From NCBI GenBank assembly GCA_963719315.1, contig CAVRBU010000006.1:96001-160000 (forward strand): 64,000 nt of DNA, in the 5' to 3' direction. Below the pieces are notes generated by a model, which was not told the DNA's origin, did not search any database, and saw only the letters and a list, made by a program, of their open reading frames with translations. The stretch is from an uncultured Planctomycetota bacterium (GTDB taxonomy: Bacteria; Planctomycetota; Planctomycetia; Pirellulales; Lacipirellulaceae). Of this stretch, positions 39,964-50,568 are shown piece after piece. Each line of letters opens with the position of its first letter. Position 1 is the stretch's first letter. The position numbers and the translations under genes are program-made.

Positions 39964-42900
39964 TCAGGAACAGCCCATGCTGCTGCCGCAGTTGTGGCAG
40001 AGGTAACAATTGCCGGCGCGGACGGTGATGGCGCCGCACGCGTCGCAGGCCGGGGCGTCCGATTGGAAGTCGGCGAATTGCTCGCTGCGGGCGGTGTTGG
40101 GGCCCGTGTCTTTGAGCAGAATTCCGGCGCGGGCTAAGAGCGCTGCGCTGATTTCGGAGTGGCCGTTGCCGTTCGTGTGACCGTTGCCATTGCCGTTGGT
40201 GTGGCCGTTGGCGGCGGGAGGTGTCGGGTGTCGGGTGTCGGGTGTCGGGGAGGCCAGCGTCGCCGTGGCGCCGTCGTCCTTGCGCTTGCTGGTTTCGGTC
40301 TTGGGACCCGCTTTGTCCGCGACCGGCGGTCGCGACTTTATGCTTTTGTCCTGCACTCCGAACCCTGAACCCTGAACCCCTGGCTCCTCGCTTGCTTCGG
40401 CACTCGGCAGCACGCCCATGCTGGCTTCTTTGTAGCCCGGCAGGAACGTGTTGCCCATCCAGCGGAAGATGTAGTCGATCAGGCTCTTTGCGATGCGGAT
40501 ATCCGGGTTCTTGGTGTACCCCTGCGGCTCGAAGCGCATGTGGCTGAACTTGCGGACGTAATCTTCGAGCGGGACGCCGTATTGCAGGCTCATCGAAACG
40601 CTGGTTCCGAAAGCGTCCATCAGGCCGCCGATCGTGCTGCCTTCTTTGGCCATCGTGAGGAACAGCTCGCCGGGGCGGCCGTCGGGAAAGAGGCCGACGG
40701 TGATGTAACCCTCGTGGCCGGCGACATTGAACTTGTGGGTGATGCTTTGCCGCGTATCGGGCAAGCGTTCGCGGCGCGGCTTGGCGACCAGCGCGGCCGC
40801 GGCGGCTGCACGTTGGCCTTCGGAGCTGGTGGCAAGCGGCTGGCTTTCCTTCGAGCCGTCGCGGTAGATGGCGAGTGCTTTGAGGCCGAGCTTCCAGCCG
40901 TCGAAGTAGGCCTTGGCGATGTCCTCGGTCGTGGTGTCGCGTGGCATGTTCACCGTCTTCGAGATGGCGCCCGAGAGAAACGGTTGGGCGGCGGCCATCA
41001 TCAGGATGTGGGCTTGCCAGGCGATCGAGCGTTTGCCGTTCCGCGGTTGGAACGCGCAGTCGAACACGCTGAGGTGCTCTTCCTTCACGTCGGGCGAGCC
41101 TTCGATCGTGTCGTGCTCGTTGATGTAGGCCAGGATCGAGCCGATTTGCGGCTGATCGTAGCCGAGCGTCGTGAGCGCCAGCGGCACGGTTTGATTGACG
41201 ATCTTGAGCATGCCGCCGCCGGCGAGCTGCTTGTACTTCACCAGCGCGATATCGGGCTCGATGCCGGTGGTGTCGCAATCCATCATGAAGCTGATCGTGC
41301 CGGTGGGCGCGAGCACGGTGGCCTGCGCATTGCGAAAGCCGTGGACGCGGCCGACGGCTAGCACATCGTCCCACGTGCGGCGGGCCGCTTCTTGCATGTA
41401 TGGCGGGCACTCGGGGTTGATGTCCTCCACGGCATCGCGATGCATTTGCATCACGCGCAAGAACGGCTCGGCGTTCTTTTCGTACTCATCGAACGGGCCG
41501 ACGGCTTCAGCCAGCTCGGCGCTGGTGAGGTTCGCGGCGCCGTGCAGCAGCGCGGTGACCGCGCCGCACACGCCGCGGGCTTCGTCCGAATCGTAAGCGG
41601 TGCCCTCGGACATCAGCAGGCTGCCGAGGTTCGAGTAGCCGAGACCGAGCGGCCGGAACAGGTGGCTGTTGCGGGCGATGTCGGGCGTCGGGTAACTGGC
41701 GTGGTCGACCAGGATTTCCTGGGCGATGAAGTAGATGCGGCAGGCCGCTTTGAAGCGCTCGGCGTCGAACACGCCGTCGGCCTTGCGGAACTTCATCAGG
41801 TTGATGCTGGCCAGGTTGCAGGCCGTGTCGTCGAGGAACATGTACTCGGAGCAGGGATTCGACGCGTTGATGCGGCCGCTGTTGGGGCAGGTGTGCCAGC
41901 GGTTGATCGTCGTGTCGTACTGCACGCCGGGGTCGCCGCAGTGCCACGCGCAATCGGCCATGCGGTCCATGATTTCGCGGGCCGGGTAAGTCGGGCCGGG
42001 CTGCTTCGGATCGGTGACCCAGTGGGTCGTCCAATCTTCATTCTTCTCGACGGCTTGCATGAAGTCGTCAGTGACGCGAACCGAAAGGTTCGCGTTCTGA
42101 AACATGATTGAACTGTAGGCCTCGCCGTTGAAGTTGGCTTCGTAGCCGCCCTTCTCGATGAGGACGTGGGCCTTCTTTTCTTCCTTCCACTTGCACTCGA
42201 TGAATTCCATGACATCGGGATGCCAGACTTTCAACGACTGCATCTTGGCGGCGCGGCGGGTTTTGCCGCCGCTCTTGACCACGGCCGCGACCTGGTCGTA
42301 GACGCGCATGAAGGAGAGGGGGCCGCTGGGCTTGCCGCCGCCGGCCAGCTTTTCACGATGCGAACGGAGCGTGCTGAGGTCTGTGCCGGTGCCGCTGCCG
42401 AACTTGAAGAGCATGGCCTCGCTGCGGGCAAGCTCCATGATGTCTTCCATGTTGTCGGCCACGTGCTGGATGAAGCACGCGCTGCCTTGCGGGTATTCAT
42501 AAGGATTCTCGGGCTGCACGACGGTTGCGCGTTTGCGAGTCCCAGCGCCAGTTGCACTTCGAGCCTTCGACGCCGTACTGGTGGTACAGGCCGACGTTGA
42601 ACCACACGGGCGAATTGAACGCGCCGTGCTGATGGAGGCAGAGCCAGGCGAGATCGCGGTAGAAGCGTTCGCCGTCTTGCGCGCTAGCGAAGTAGCCGTC
42701 TTCGAGGCCCCAATCGGCGATCGTGCGGGCGACGCGGTGGACGAGTTGCTTGACACTGTATTCGCGCTGCGGCGTACCGTTTTCGCCGTAGAAGTATTTG
42801 CTGCAGATGACGTTCGTCGCCAGTTGGCTCCAGAACGATGGCACTTCGCAGTTGGTCTGCTCGAAAATTAACTCCCCGTTCTCGCCTTTGATCTGGGCGC

Positions 42901-43042
42901 TGCGAACTTCCCAATCGACGGTGGAGAAGAGATCCTCGATTTCGGTTGGGCAGAATTGGGCGTCGACTTTGAGCCGGCCGTGAAATTTCTTGTTGATGGA
43001 ATGGGAAGCTTTGGGGGAAGTCATGGATTGAGCGGTCGCCAT
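39964..43042 (-). CDS. nrdJ: Vitamin B12-dependent (class II) ribonucleotide reductase; frameshift near 42525
   Basis: FNSPVWFN, SACFI, NPCSEY active site, APTGTIS, SKTVN, C-terminal TSCPD-like region and Cys4 zinc ribbon. Confidence 0.93.
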
Positions 43043-43193
43043 CTCGGCACCTCCTGCGCGTTAATGAAGGGGCATCCTACCTAGTGAACACTTGTGCACA
43101 CGTTCACAGATCGTCCGATCTGCGGCAGCGGCACCAGATTTTGGGCCTCGAATGCCCAAAACCCGAAAAAACGGGCTGCTAGCCACGTTGAAA

Positions 43194-43240
43194 CCACAAT
43201 ATATTGTATTCAGTGCCCTTGCGAATACAACATGATGCGG
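43194..43240. promoter_or_regulatory. Tandem NrdR boxes upstream of nrdJ
   Basis: CCACAATATATTGTAT (43194-43209) and ATACAACATGATGCGG (43225-43240), starts 31 bp apart; consensus acaCwAtATaTwGtgt. Confidence 0.8.
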
Positions 43241-43655
43241 TTAAGGAGTTTGATCTTACACTCGTTCCTTGGTTCGTCAATGCAACTTCTTGGGCGTCGT
43301 AAGATGCTGTCATACAAGTGGTTGTGGCAAGTGTTAAATTCTAGCGTTGCCAGCGTGAAGGGGGTGTGAATGCGCGAAAACCACGGGAAAAACCAAGCGA
43401 AGTCGCATTTTTGAGTTTGGCCATTTCATCCGCAGCTCGCGCGGGCAAAAAGTTTCGAAAAACTTGGCGTCGGGGGGCTGCCCAGTTTTACTCGTCCGCC
43501 CAATCGATTGTTTTTCACGATTTGATAGTTGAGTTTGTCGCGCGTGGGTGAGTTTGCGGCGGTTGCCGTGCGCGGATTGAGTTGCTGAGGAATCCGCGGC
43601 GGATTGTCACTTTAAGCGGCGGCGTGCTCGGGCATCGGCAATACTTGTGATGAAT

Positions 43656-43728
43656 GTAGGGTGTGTCGAGTCCGCGAGGCACACCATCCACAGTTCGCGG
43701 TGTGTCTTACGGACTCGACACACCCCAC
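43656..43728. repeat. GTAG-type REP doublet (GGGTGTGTC...CACACC)
   Basis: Inverted pair upstream of the hydrolase gene. Confidence 0.75.
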
Positions 43729-43751
43729 CAAAGCCCGGACGGACCCGGTCG

Positions 43752-45449
43752 ATGGAAACGAAATTCTATCTTGCTCGGCGTGCGCGAACGCGAATTGCGT
43801 TGTCTTTTGTTGCTGCGCTGCTGCTAATTCTTTCATCGAATGTGGGTTGCTCGCTGGTTGGTTCGCGGAGCCAATGGAGCGCGCCCGAGCTTTATTCACC
43901 GGGCCTTGAGGTCGGAGCGCCGGGCGATTTTCTGATGTGTGCGGAGGCGCAGTATGCGGCCGGGCGGCAGGCCGAGGCGGCCGGCGATGCGGCGTGCATC
44001 GACCGGTATTTCGCGGCGGCGTCGCTGTCGTGGCCGTATTACGTGGCAGGCGCGGCCGCGGCCGATAATCGCGCGGTGGAGCTGTATCGATCGGCGGTCG
44101 ATTCGTTGATCGAATCGGCGGTGCGATTTGGCCGATTCCATCGCACGCAGGGAGTGCTGCTGGCGAGTGGGCAAGTCGTACCGGTTCGGTACTACGGCTT
44201 CGTCTGGCAGCCGGACGATTTTTGCACATTTCTGCCGGTTGGATCTTATGATACGTCTCGGTTGACGAATCGGTACGTGACGGCGGGCGTCGGCGTACCA
44301 TACGTGGTGCTATCGACGACTCCGCCGCGGCATGCGTTCACTGCTTTTGCGCAACCGTTTGCGGCGACGGCATTGGTTTCGCCGGCTGCATCGCAGGGCG
44401 GGTTTGCGCTCGAATTCTATGACCCGCTGCGAACGAGCACGACGGCCGGCGGCATGCCCATCGCGCGCGATCTTACGGCGCCGATTGCCTACGCCGCCTC
44501 GCGGGAAACCGATGCCTGGCTGGACGACTTCTTGCGGCCCGATCACGACGATGCGCTGGACGGTCTGCACATGCGCGAGCCGTTTCAGTCGGGTAAAATC
44601 CCAGTCGTATTCATCCACGGCCTGGCGTCCGACCCGCTTACGTGGGCTCAACTTGAAAACGACTTGCGAGCGCAGCCGGCAATTTTCAATCGGTATCAGT
44701 TTTGGTTCTTCCGGTACGACACGGGTGATCCGTTTCTGTCGAGCGCCGCTCGCCTTCGCCGGCAACTGGCGGTGCTGCGTCAAGCGTATGACCCGCTGCG
44801 CTGTGATCCGAACCTGTCGCAAATGGTGCTCATCGGGCACAGCATGGGCGGGCTGCTTGCGCAAATGCAGGTGACGTACAGCGGCGATCTCATCTGGCAA
44901 GCCGCGGCAAAGCAGCCGTTCAACACGATTGTCACCGACCCGGCAACGCGGGCCGATCTGGCGGCCGCGTTTTTCTTTCGGCCGTCGTCCGATATCAGCC
45001 GCGTGATTTACATCGCCACACCCCACCGCGGCTCGAGCGACGCGACACGGCTTGTCGGACGCATCAGTTCGGCGCTCATCCAGGAACGGCCCGATTGGGC
45101 TCCGCGCCATGCGCAACTGGTGCGCGACAATCCCTGCGCATTTCGCGAAGAGTTGCGGCGCGGAATACCGAACAGCGTCGACTTGTTGGAGCCAGGCAGC
45201 CTCATTCTGCAAGCGACGGACCGATTGCCATACCGCCAGGGCGTCGCGCTACACACAATTCTGGGTGATGACCGCTGGTCGCCGGGACAGGGGCCTTCGG
45301 ATGGTGTGGTTCCCGTTTCGAGCTCCCGATTGGGCGGCGGGCAGAGCGAGTTGGTGGTTGACGCGAAGCACACGTACGTGCAGCGAGATCCGGATTCAGT
45401 CCGCGAGGTAATGTGCATCCTGATGCGGCACGCGGCTGGGATCCAGTGA
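43752..45449 (+). CDS. Alpha/beta hydrolase (esterase/lipase-like), probable lipoprotein
   Basis: PVVFIHGL, GHSMGG, IATPHRGS, SDGVVP; lipobox-like NVGC. Confidence 0.88.
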   Translation: METKFYLARRARTRIALSFVAALLLILSSNVGCSLVGSRSQWSAPELYSPGLEVGAPGDFLMCAEAQYAAGRQAEAAGDAACIDRYFAAASLSWPYYVAGAAAADNRAVELYRSAVDSLIESAVRFGRFHRTQGVLLASGQVVPVRYYGFVWQPDDFCTFLPVGSYDTSRLTNRYVTAGVGVPYVVLSTTPPRHAFTAFAQPFAATALVSPAASQGGFALEFYDPLRTSTTAGGMPIARDLTAPIAYAASRETDAWLDDFLRPDHDDALDGLHMREPFQSGKIPVVFIHGLASDPLTWAQLENDLRAQPAIFNRYQFWFFRYDTGDPFLSSAARLRRQLAVLRQAYDPLRCDPNLSQMVLIGHSMGGLLAQMQVTYSGDLIWQAAAKQPFNTIVTDPATRADLAAAFFFRPSSDISRVIYIATPHRGSSDATRLVGRISSALIQERPDWAPRHAQLVRDNPCAFREELRRGIPNSVDLLEPGSLILQATDRLPYRQGVALHTILGDDRWSPGQGPSDGVVPVSSSRLGGGQSELVVDAKHTYVQRDPDSVREVMCILMRHAAGIQ

Positions 45450-45759
45450 AAAAAATTGGCTAGCATTTCAGCCAGAGGCGTGTCCCCACGTGTGGGGCAG
45501 TTATGGTAAAGTATTTGCAATCGCTAGCTCGGCAGGCCGGATCGGGCAGGCGACGGTGCGAGATTATTGGGAATTCCTGGCGGCCGGGCGGAATGACGGC
45601 TGCTTGTTTGGCGAATAACGATCGGGCAAGCGATCCTCGGTAGGTTGTGGGAGGACTCTCCGAAGCCGAGGGCGTGCTCTATATTGACGAGTGTCATCGG
45701 CGTCAGAGACGCCTCACGCAAGTTAGCCTCCCGCAAGTTATTTGTTGGTCGGTCAATCT

Positions 45760-47018
45760 ATGATGTGGCCACGTAAGCAATTGGATATCGGTTGGGCGGA
45801 CCTGGCCTACGGCTTGGTGCAGACGGTCGCGTCACGGTCGCGGCCATCGGCGGCGCAGATCGTCGGGGCCGGATGGGTACCGGGTCGCGAGGCCATTGTT
45901 GCGCTTTCGGTGCGAACCGGATGGGATTTGTTGCTGACGGCGCTCGCGTTGCCGGCGGGCAGTGAGGTGATTACGTCGGCCGTCACGATCCCGGACATGA
46001 TGCGGATCATTGAGGAACACGGTCTCGCGCCGGTGCCGGTGGACGTGGACGCGGCGGGGTTGGAACTCGATGTCGAGCAGTTGGAGGCGCTCGATTACAC
46101 CGAGAACGCGGGCGATTCTCGTGGCGCATTTGTTCGGCAGCCGCGTTGCGATGGGGCCGATCATCGAATTGGCGCGGCGGCACGATTTGCTGGTGGTCGA
46201 AGATTGCGCAGGCATTCGTGGGACGCGAATACGCGGGGCATGCGGAATCGGATTGTGCGCTGTTCAGCTTTGGACCGATCAAGACGGCGACCTCTCTTGG
46301 CGGCGCGGTGGTGCGCGTGCGCGATGATGTGCTGCGAACGCGAATGGCCGAGTTGCAGCAGACGTACCCGGTGCAGAGCCGATTGGCCTACGCGCGGCGG
46401 CTGGCCAAATATGCGGGCTTTTGCGTGCTGAGCAAGCCGCGGGTGTATGGACTGGCGGTCCGCGCCTTGGAGTGGATGGGCATTGACTACGACTTGGCGC
46501 TCGCCAATGCGGCCCACTCGTTTCGCGCGAGCGATTTTTTCACGCAGATTCGGCGGCAGCCGTGCGTACCGCTGATGCGGATGCTTCAGCGCCGAATCGG
46601 CACGTTCGATCGACGCGGCGCGTCTCGGTTGCGACGTCGCACGGAACGGGGAGATGAGTTGTCGCGGGGGCTGGCCGCGGGCATGGTTGTCGGCGAACAG
46701 AATCCGACGCAGACCTACTGGGTAGTGCCGGTGCAAGTCGGCAATCGCGAGGCCGTGCTCGCGGCATTGCGCGGCGCCGGGTTCGACGCGACGCTGCGAT
46801 CGAGCCTGATCGTGGTAGCGAATCCGAACGGTTTGTCCGCGGGCGATATTCGGCTGGCGCATTGGCTGGCGAACATCGTGTTCATGCCGTGTGGCGAAGA
46901 CGTGCCCGACCGCGAATGGCAGCGGCTGATCTCGATCGTGGGCCAGGTCGCTGTCGCTGCGGAGTTGAACTCGACGCGCGAACTTGCGGCGCTGTCGGCT
47001 GTCTCTAGCGCATCATGA
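45760..47018 (+). CDS. DegT/DnrJ/EryC1/StrS family PLP aminotransferase; frameshifts near 46090 and 46207
   Basis: Three frames: SVRTGWD..GSEVI; TRAILVAHLFG...VVEDCA; QAF...FSFGPIKT..GG. Confidence 0.8.
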
Positions 47019-47818
47019 CGGCCGAAACGACGCCTTATCACTGGAACACATCGGCTGCGGCCGAGGCGTACGACCAGGCGGCGCTGGCCATTCATCCGTA
47101 TTATGTCGCGGTACAGGATCAGATTCTCGACCTTTTGCCGTTTGGCCCTGCGGAGCCATTTGACCTGGTGGATTTGGGCGGTGGGTCGGGGCGGCTGGCG
47201 GAGCGCGTGCTGGAGCGGTTTGTCGGCGCGGGTGACGGTGGTTGATCAATCGGAGCCGTTTTTGCGCTGGCCGAGCGGCGCTTGGCGCGGTTTGGCGAGC
47301 GGGCGGCCGTTCTTCAATGCCGGTTGCAGGATTGGCCATGTAGTCGCGTTTCTCCGAAACGCGATCGAGTTTCGGAGAAACTCGACTACGTGGATGCGAT
47401 CGTCAGCACGTCGGCCATTCATCACTTGGAGCCGGCGGAAAAGCAGGCGCTATTTGCGCAATGTTATGAAGCGCTCGCACCGGGCGGCACATTCATCAAC
47501 GGTGACGAGTATCGACCGGCCGATGATGGCGAATACTTGGCGCTGTTCAAAGAATGGTCGGCCCACATGAGCGCGGCGATCGAGGACGGGCGGATTCCGG
47601 AAGAATTCCGCGCAACGCTAGACTATTGGCACGACCGTAACATCCGCCGTTTCGGCGAGCCGAAGGCGAGCGGTGACGATTGCCATGAGACGGTGGCGGC
47701 CCAGATCGGTTATTTGCATGACGCTGGCTTTGCAGAGGTCGAGACCGTGCGGGCCGAGAAGTTTTGGGCCGTTTTGGTCGGACGCAAACTAAGAACCTCT
47801 AACAAAACCCTTCGGTGA
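47015..47818 (+). CDS. Class I SAM-dependent methyltransferase; frameshifts near 47225 and 47265; 3' end altered by IS insertion
   Basis: VDLGGGSG, VVDQSEPF, AIVSTSAIHHL, LAPGGTFINGD. Confidence 0.8.
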
Positions 47819-48759
47819 GTATGTTGAAGCAGATGAGAGATTGAGCCAGAGTCACAAAGGCTTTATGGATATCGGCCCTCCGATCAAATCGCGTTCGCAG
47901 CCGCCGGAAATTATTCATCCAACTGAGCGTACGTTCGGAAACCCAACGATAAATTCCTAGGCCGCTGCCATGTTCCGTATTGCGTTTAGCCAAGTGGGGT
48001 TTGATGCCGCGATCGCGGAGTGCTTGTCGGTGCTTTTCGGAGTCGTACGCCCGATCCGCATACACCTCTTCCGGACGCTGTTTCGGCCGGCCCGGTTTGC
48101 CCGCCACCGGCTCGATTCCGTCAATCAACGGGATCAGTTGGGTCACGTCGTGTCGATTGGCGGCGGTGAGAATGAATTTGAGCGGGACGCCGTTCGCATC
48201 GGTGACCACATGATGTTTACTGCCGGGTTTTCGCCGATCCGTTGGGTTCGGTCCCGTTTTTTCGCCGCCCCCTACAGCACGAACCGTCGCACTATCGACT
48301 GCCGCTCGCGACCAATCGAGTTGATCGGCGCTGCGCAGATTCTCCAACAATGTTTGTTTCAACGCCTCCCAGACGCCTGCTTCGTGCCACTCCTGTAACC
48401 GTCGCCAGCAGGTCATTCCAGATCCACATCCCATTTCCAGGGGAAGATATTCCCAAGGAATACCCGTTCGTAAAACAAAAATGATTCCGGTCAAGACTTT
48501 GCGATCATCGATCCGCGGTCGGCCTCCTTTGGGGCTCGGTTCGTGTTCAGGGAGTAAAGGAGACAACATCTCCCACAATTCGTCAGGAACTAATTCTTTA
48601 GCCATCGTTGGTCCTCCAGATAGTTGGTTTCACTCCAAAGGAATTCTGGGGACAATCAACGCCGTGTCACGACTGCAATTTCAAAAACAAGTTTTACATC
48701 TTCCACAACGACTCGAATCAATTACTAGCACTGCTAGTAGACAGTATTGTTAGGGGTTC
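47793..48759 (-). mobile_element. IS5-family insertion sequence, 967 bp
   Basis: Terminal IRs GAACCTCTAACAA / TTGTTAGGGGTTC (12/13 match); TAA duplication on both sides. Confidence 0.9.
47799..48605 (-). CDS. IS5 family DDE transposase
   Basis: GIIFVLRTG.PW..LP, AVDSA, GSKHH, ADRAYD, RW.SERT.SW...RRL. Confidence 0.93.
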   Translation of the reverse strand: MAKELVPDELWEMLSPLLPEHEPSPKGGRPRIDDRKVLTGIIFVLRTGIPWEYLPLEMGCGSGMTCWRRLQEWHEAGVWEALKQTLLENLRSADQLDWSRAAVDSATVRAVGGGEKTGPNPTDRRKPGSKHHVVTDANGVPLKFILTAANRHDVTQLIPLIDGIEPVAGKPGRPKQRPEEVYADRAYDSEKHRQALRDRGIKPHLAKRNTEHGSGLGIYRWVSERTLSWMNNFRRLRTRFDRRADIHKAFVTLAQSLICFNILTEGFC

Positions 48760-48946
48760 TAAATGTTGTTCAATGACGGTGGGTCCGATTTTGATCTGAA
48801 ACACTGATCCTTGCGAATCAACGCGGATTGGGATTAGAGAGAATTAGCGGAGATGAGTGTTCTCTCTTTTCTTCTCCGCGATCTCCGTGCCTCCGTGGTG
48901 AATGATACCGGAATTGAACGACGAGCCAGCCGTGGCACACGTGCGA

Positions 48947-49258
48947 TCACGCGTACTTCTTGACGGCCTTTTTGATCGCGGGCGCGGCTTTGGCCAGGTC
49001 GCCGTGGATCATTACGGGGTGAAGTTCAATGGCGGCGTTGAAGGCCAGCATCCAGGGCTCGCAGATTGCCGGAATCTGGGACGCATCTTCCAGGTCCAGG
49101 AAGATGTAGCCGGTGCGCTGACCCTTGTCGTCGGAGAAGTAGACGGCTTCCGGCTTCACATCGGCGAGGATGGATTGTATCGTGGTTCCGAGCTTGCCGG
49201 CCTTCGCGGCGGCGTTGCCGGCTTCTACGGGGATGTTGACTTTGAGCAGGATTCGCAT
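48947..49258 (-). CDS. Small hypothetical protein (DUF3303/GYD-like)
   Basis: KPEAVYF...G.RTG.I..D...SQIP...EPW; AAGGA RBS. Confidence 0.75.
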   Translation of the reverse strand: MRILLKVNIPVEAGNAAAKAGKLGTTIQSILADVKPEAVYFSDDKGQRTGYIFLDLEDASQIPAICEPWMLAFNAAIELHPVMIHGDLAKAAPAIKKAVKKYA

Positions 49259-49347
49259 CGATTTGTTCCTTGAATGGATTGACGTAGTTACAGGGAGCCA
49301 AGGCGTCGGATTCTCAAAACTCTTTATGGAACTGGAATACCTTTTTT

Positions 49348-49521
49348 ACCACCGATTTCATGGATCTCACAGATAGTGGTCCCATTCACGCTCCCATCCG
49401 TGCCATCCGTGGTTGATGACTCATAGCTTCTAGCAGCATGAATTAATCGCCAAGAACGCGAAGGACGCCAAGGAAATACATTGTTCTTCACCGCCATGGC
49501 GTTCTTGGCGACTTGGCGGTT
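49348..49521. repeat. Two adjacent inverted ~9-mer repeat pairs
   Basis: ACCACCGAT...ATCCGTGGT and CGCCAAGAACGC...GCGTTCTTGGCG; similar pairs at 48821-48901 and 57737-57805. Confidence 0.65.
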
Positions 49522-49562
49522 CAATTCATTAGCCGTTCAAAATGTATGTCTGATCGCTCCGA

Positions 49563-50177
49563 TCATTCCTGCCGGCGGATGGATGCGAACCAGGACTTTG
49601 GTCCGCCGGCGGAGAACGTGGCGCCCGTGAAATTTGGATTCGTCTCGAACTGCGTGGGTTCGACGGATTCGATCCGCCAGCCGGTGGCGAAGGCGGCGTC
49701 GAGTTCAGCGCGCGTGATCCGGCGCGGGCCGAATTCGCCCGGTTCTTCATTGCTGAAGCACATGAGGAACAGTCGGCCGCCGGGGTTGAGAACTTTTTGC
49801 AGGCCTTCGACATAGCGGCGGCGGTCGGCGTCGGAGAAGACGTGGAACAGGCCGGAGTCGAGGATGGTGTTGAATCGTTCGCCGCTGGCGGAGAGCGCGA
49901 GCGCGTCGACAACGCGGAAGTCGACGGCCAGGCCGCGCTCGGCGGCTTTGGCCCGGGCCCGGCGGATCGGCTCCTCCAAAAAGTCGATCCCAGTGACTTG
50001 GTGGCCGTGCGCGGCAAAGTACAGCGAGGCATCGCCGGTGCCGCAGCCGGCATCGAGCACGGGGCTCGTGACTTGATCGGCGACGGCAATGAACGGCGCT
50101 TGCGGTCGGCCGATGTCCCACGGGGCTTCACCGGCGTAGGCGTCTTTGAACGTCTGTGGGGTGGGGATTTGGGTCAT
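49563..50177 (-). CDS. Class I SAM-dependent methyltransferase
   Basis: PWDIGRPQ, VLDAGCGTG, LDSGLFH, LNPGG. Confidence 0.9.
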   Translation of the reverse strand: MTQIPTPQTFKDAYAGEAPWDIGRPQAPFIAVADQVTSPVLDAGCGTGDASLYFAAHGHQVTGIDFLEEPIRRARAKAAERGLAVDFRVVDALALSASGERFNTILDSGLFHVFSDADRRRYVEGLQKVLNPGGRLFLMCFSNEEPGEFGPRRITRAELDAAFATGWRIESVEPTQFETNPNFTGATFSAGGPKSWFASIRRQE

Positions 50178-50186
50178 GGTGTTTCC

Positions 50187-50525
50187 TTATGCAATCCGGC
50201 CAATCGGTTGCACGACAACCGCCGTGCCGTAACAGAGGACTTCGGTGGCCGAGCCTTTGCTGACAACCTCCGAGGCGTCGTACCGCATGCCGACGACGGC
50301 ATTCGCGCCGACTTCGAGGGCGTGAGCCAGCAGCAGGTCGTACGCTTGTTGGCGGGCAGTTTCGCACATATCGGTGTAGGCGCCGATGCGGCCGCCGACG
50401 ATGTTTTTCAGGCCGCCGACGATGCCTTGGGCGATCGTGGGGGCCCGGACAATGATGCCGCGGACGACGCCTTTGTACTCGACGATCTCGTGGCCTTCGA
50501 TCGTGAATGTGGTGGTGACGAACAA
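50187..50525 (-). CDS. YbjQ (UPF0145) family protein
   Basis: TTT..IEG..I.EY.G.V.G, GANAVVGMRYD, CYGTAV; TTG start after GGAG. Confidence 0.9.
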   Translation of the reverse strand: MFVTTTFTIEGHEIVEYKGVVRGIIVRAPTIAQGIVGGLKNIVGGRIGAYTDMCETARQQAYDLLLAHALEVGANAVVGMRYDASEVVSKGSATEVLCYGTAVVVQPIGRIA

Positions 50526-50568
50526 GCTGAGCTCCGTTTGTAAGAGGTGGGATGCAGGAGGACCGTAG

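Noticed and set aside
38683..40080. Diversity-generating retroelement TR/VR pair (an Avd-like gene is at 34543)
   Set aside because: Differences are almost all synonymous and not adenine-specific, and no reverse transcriptase was recognised.
42497..42560. Programmed frameshift, intron or intein in nrdJ
   Set aside because: No slippery site or intervening sequence; matches the window-wide indel pattern.
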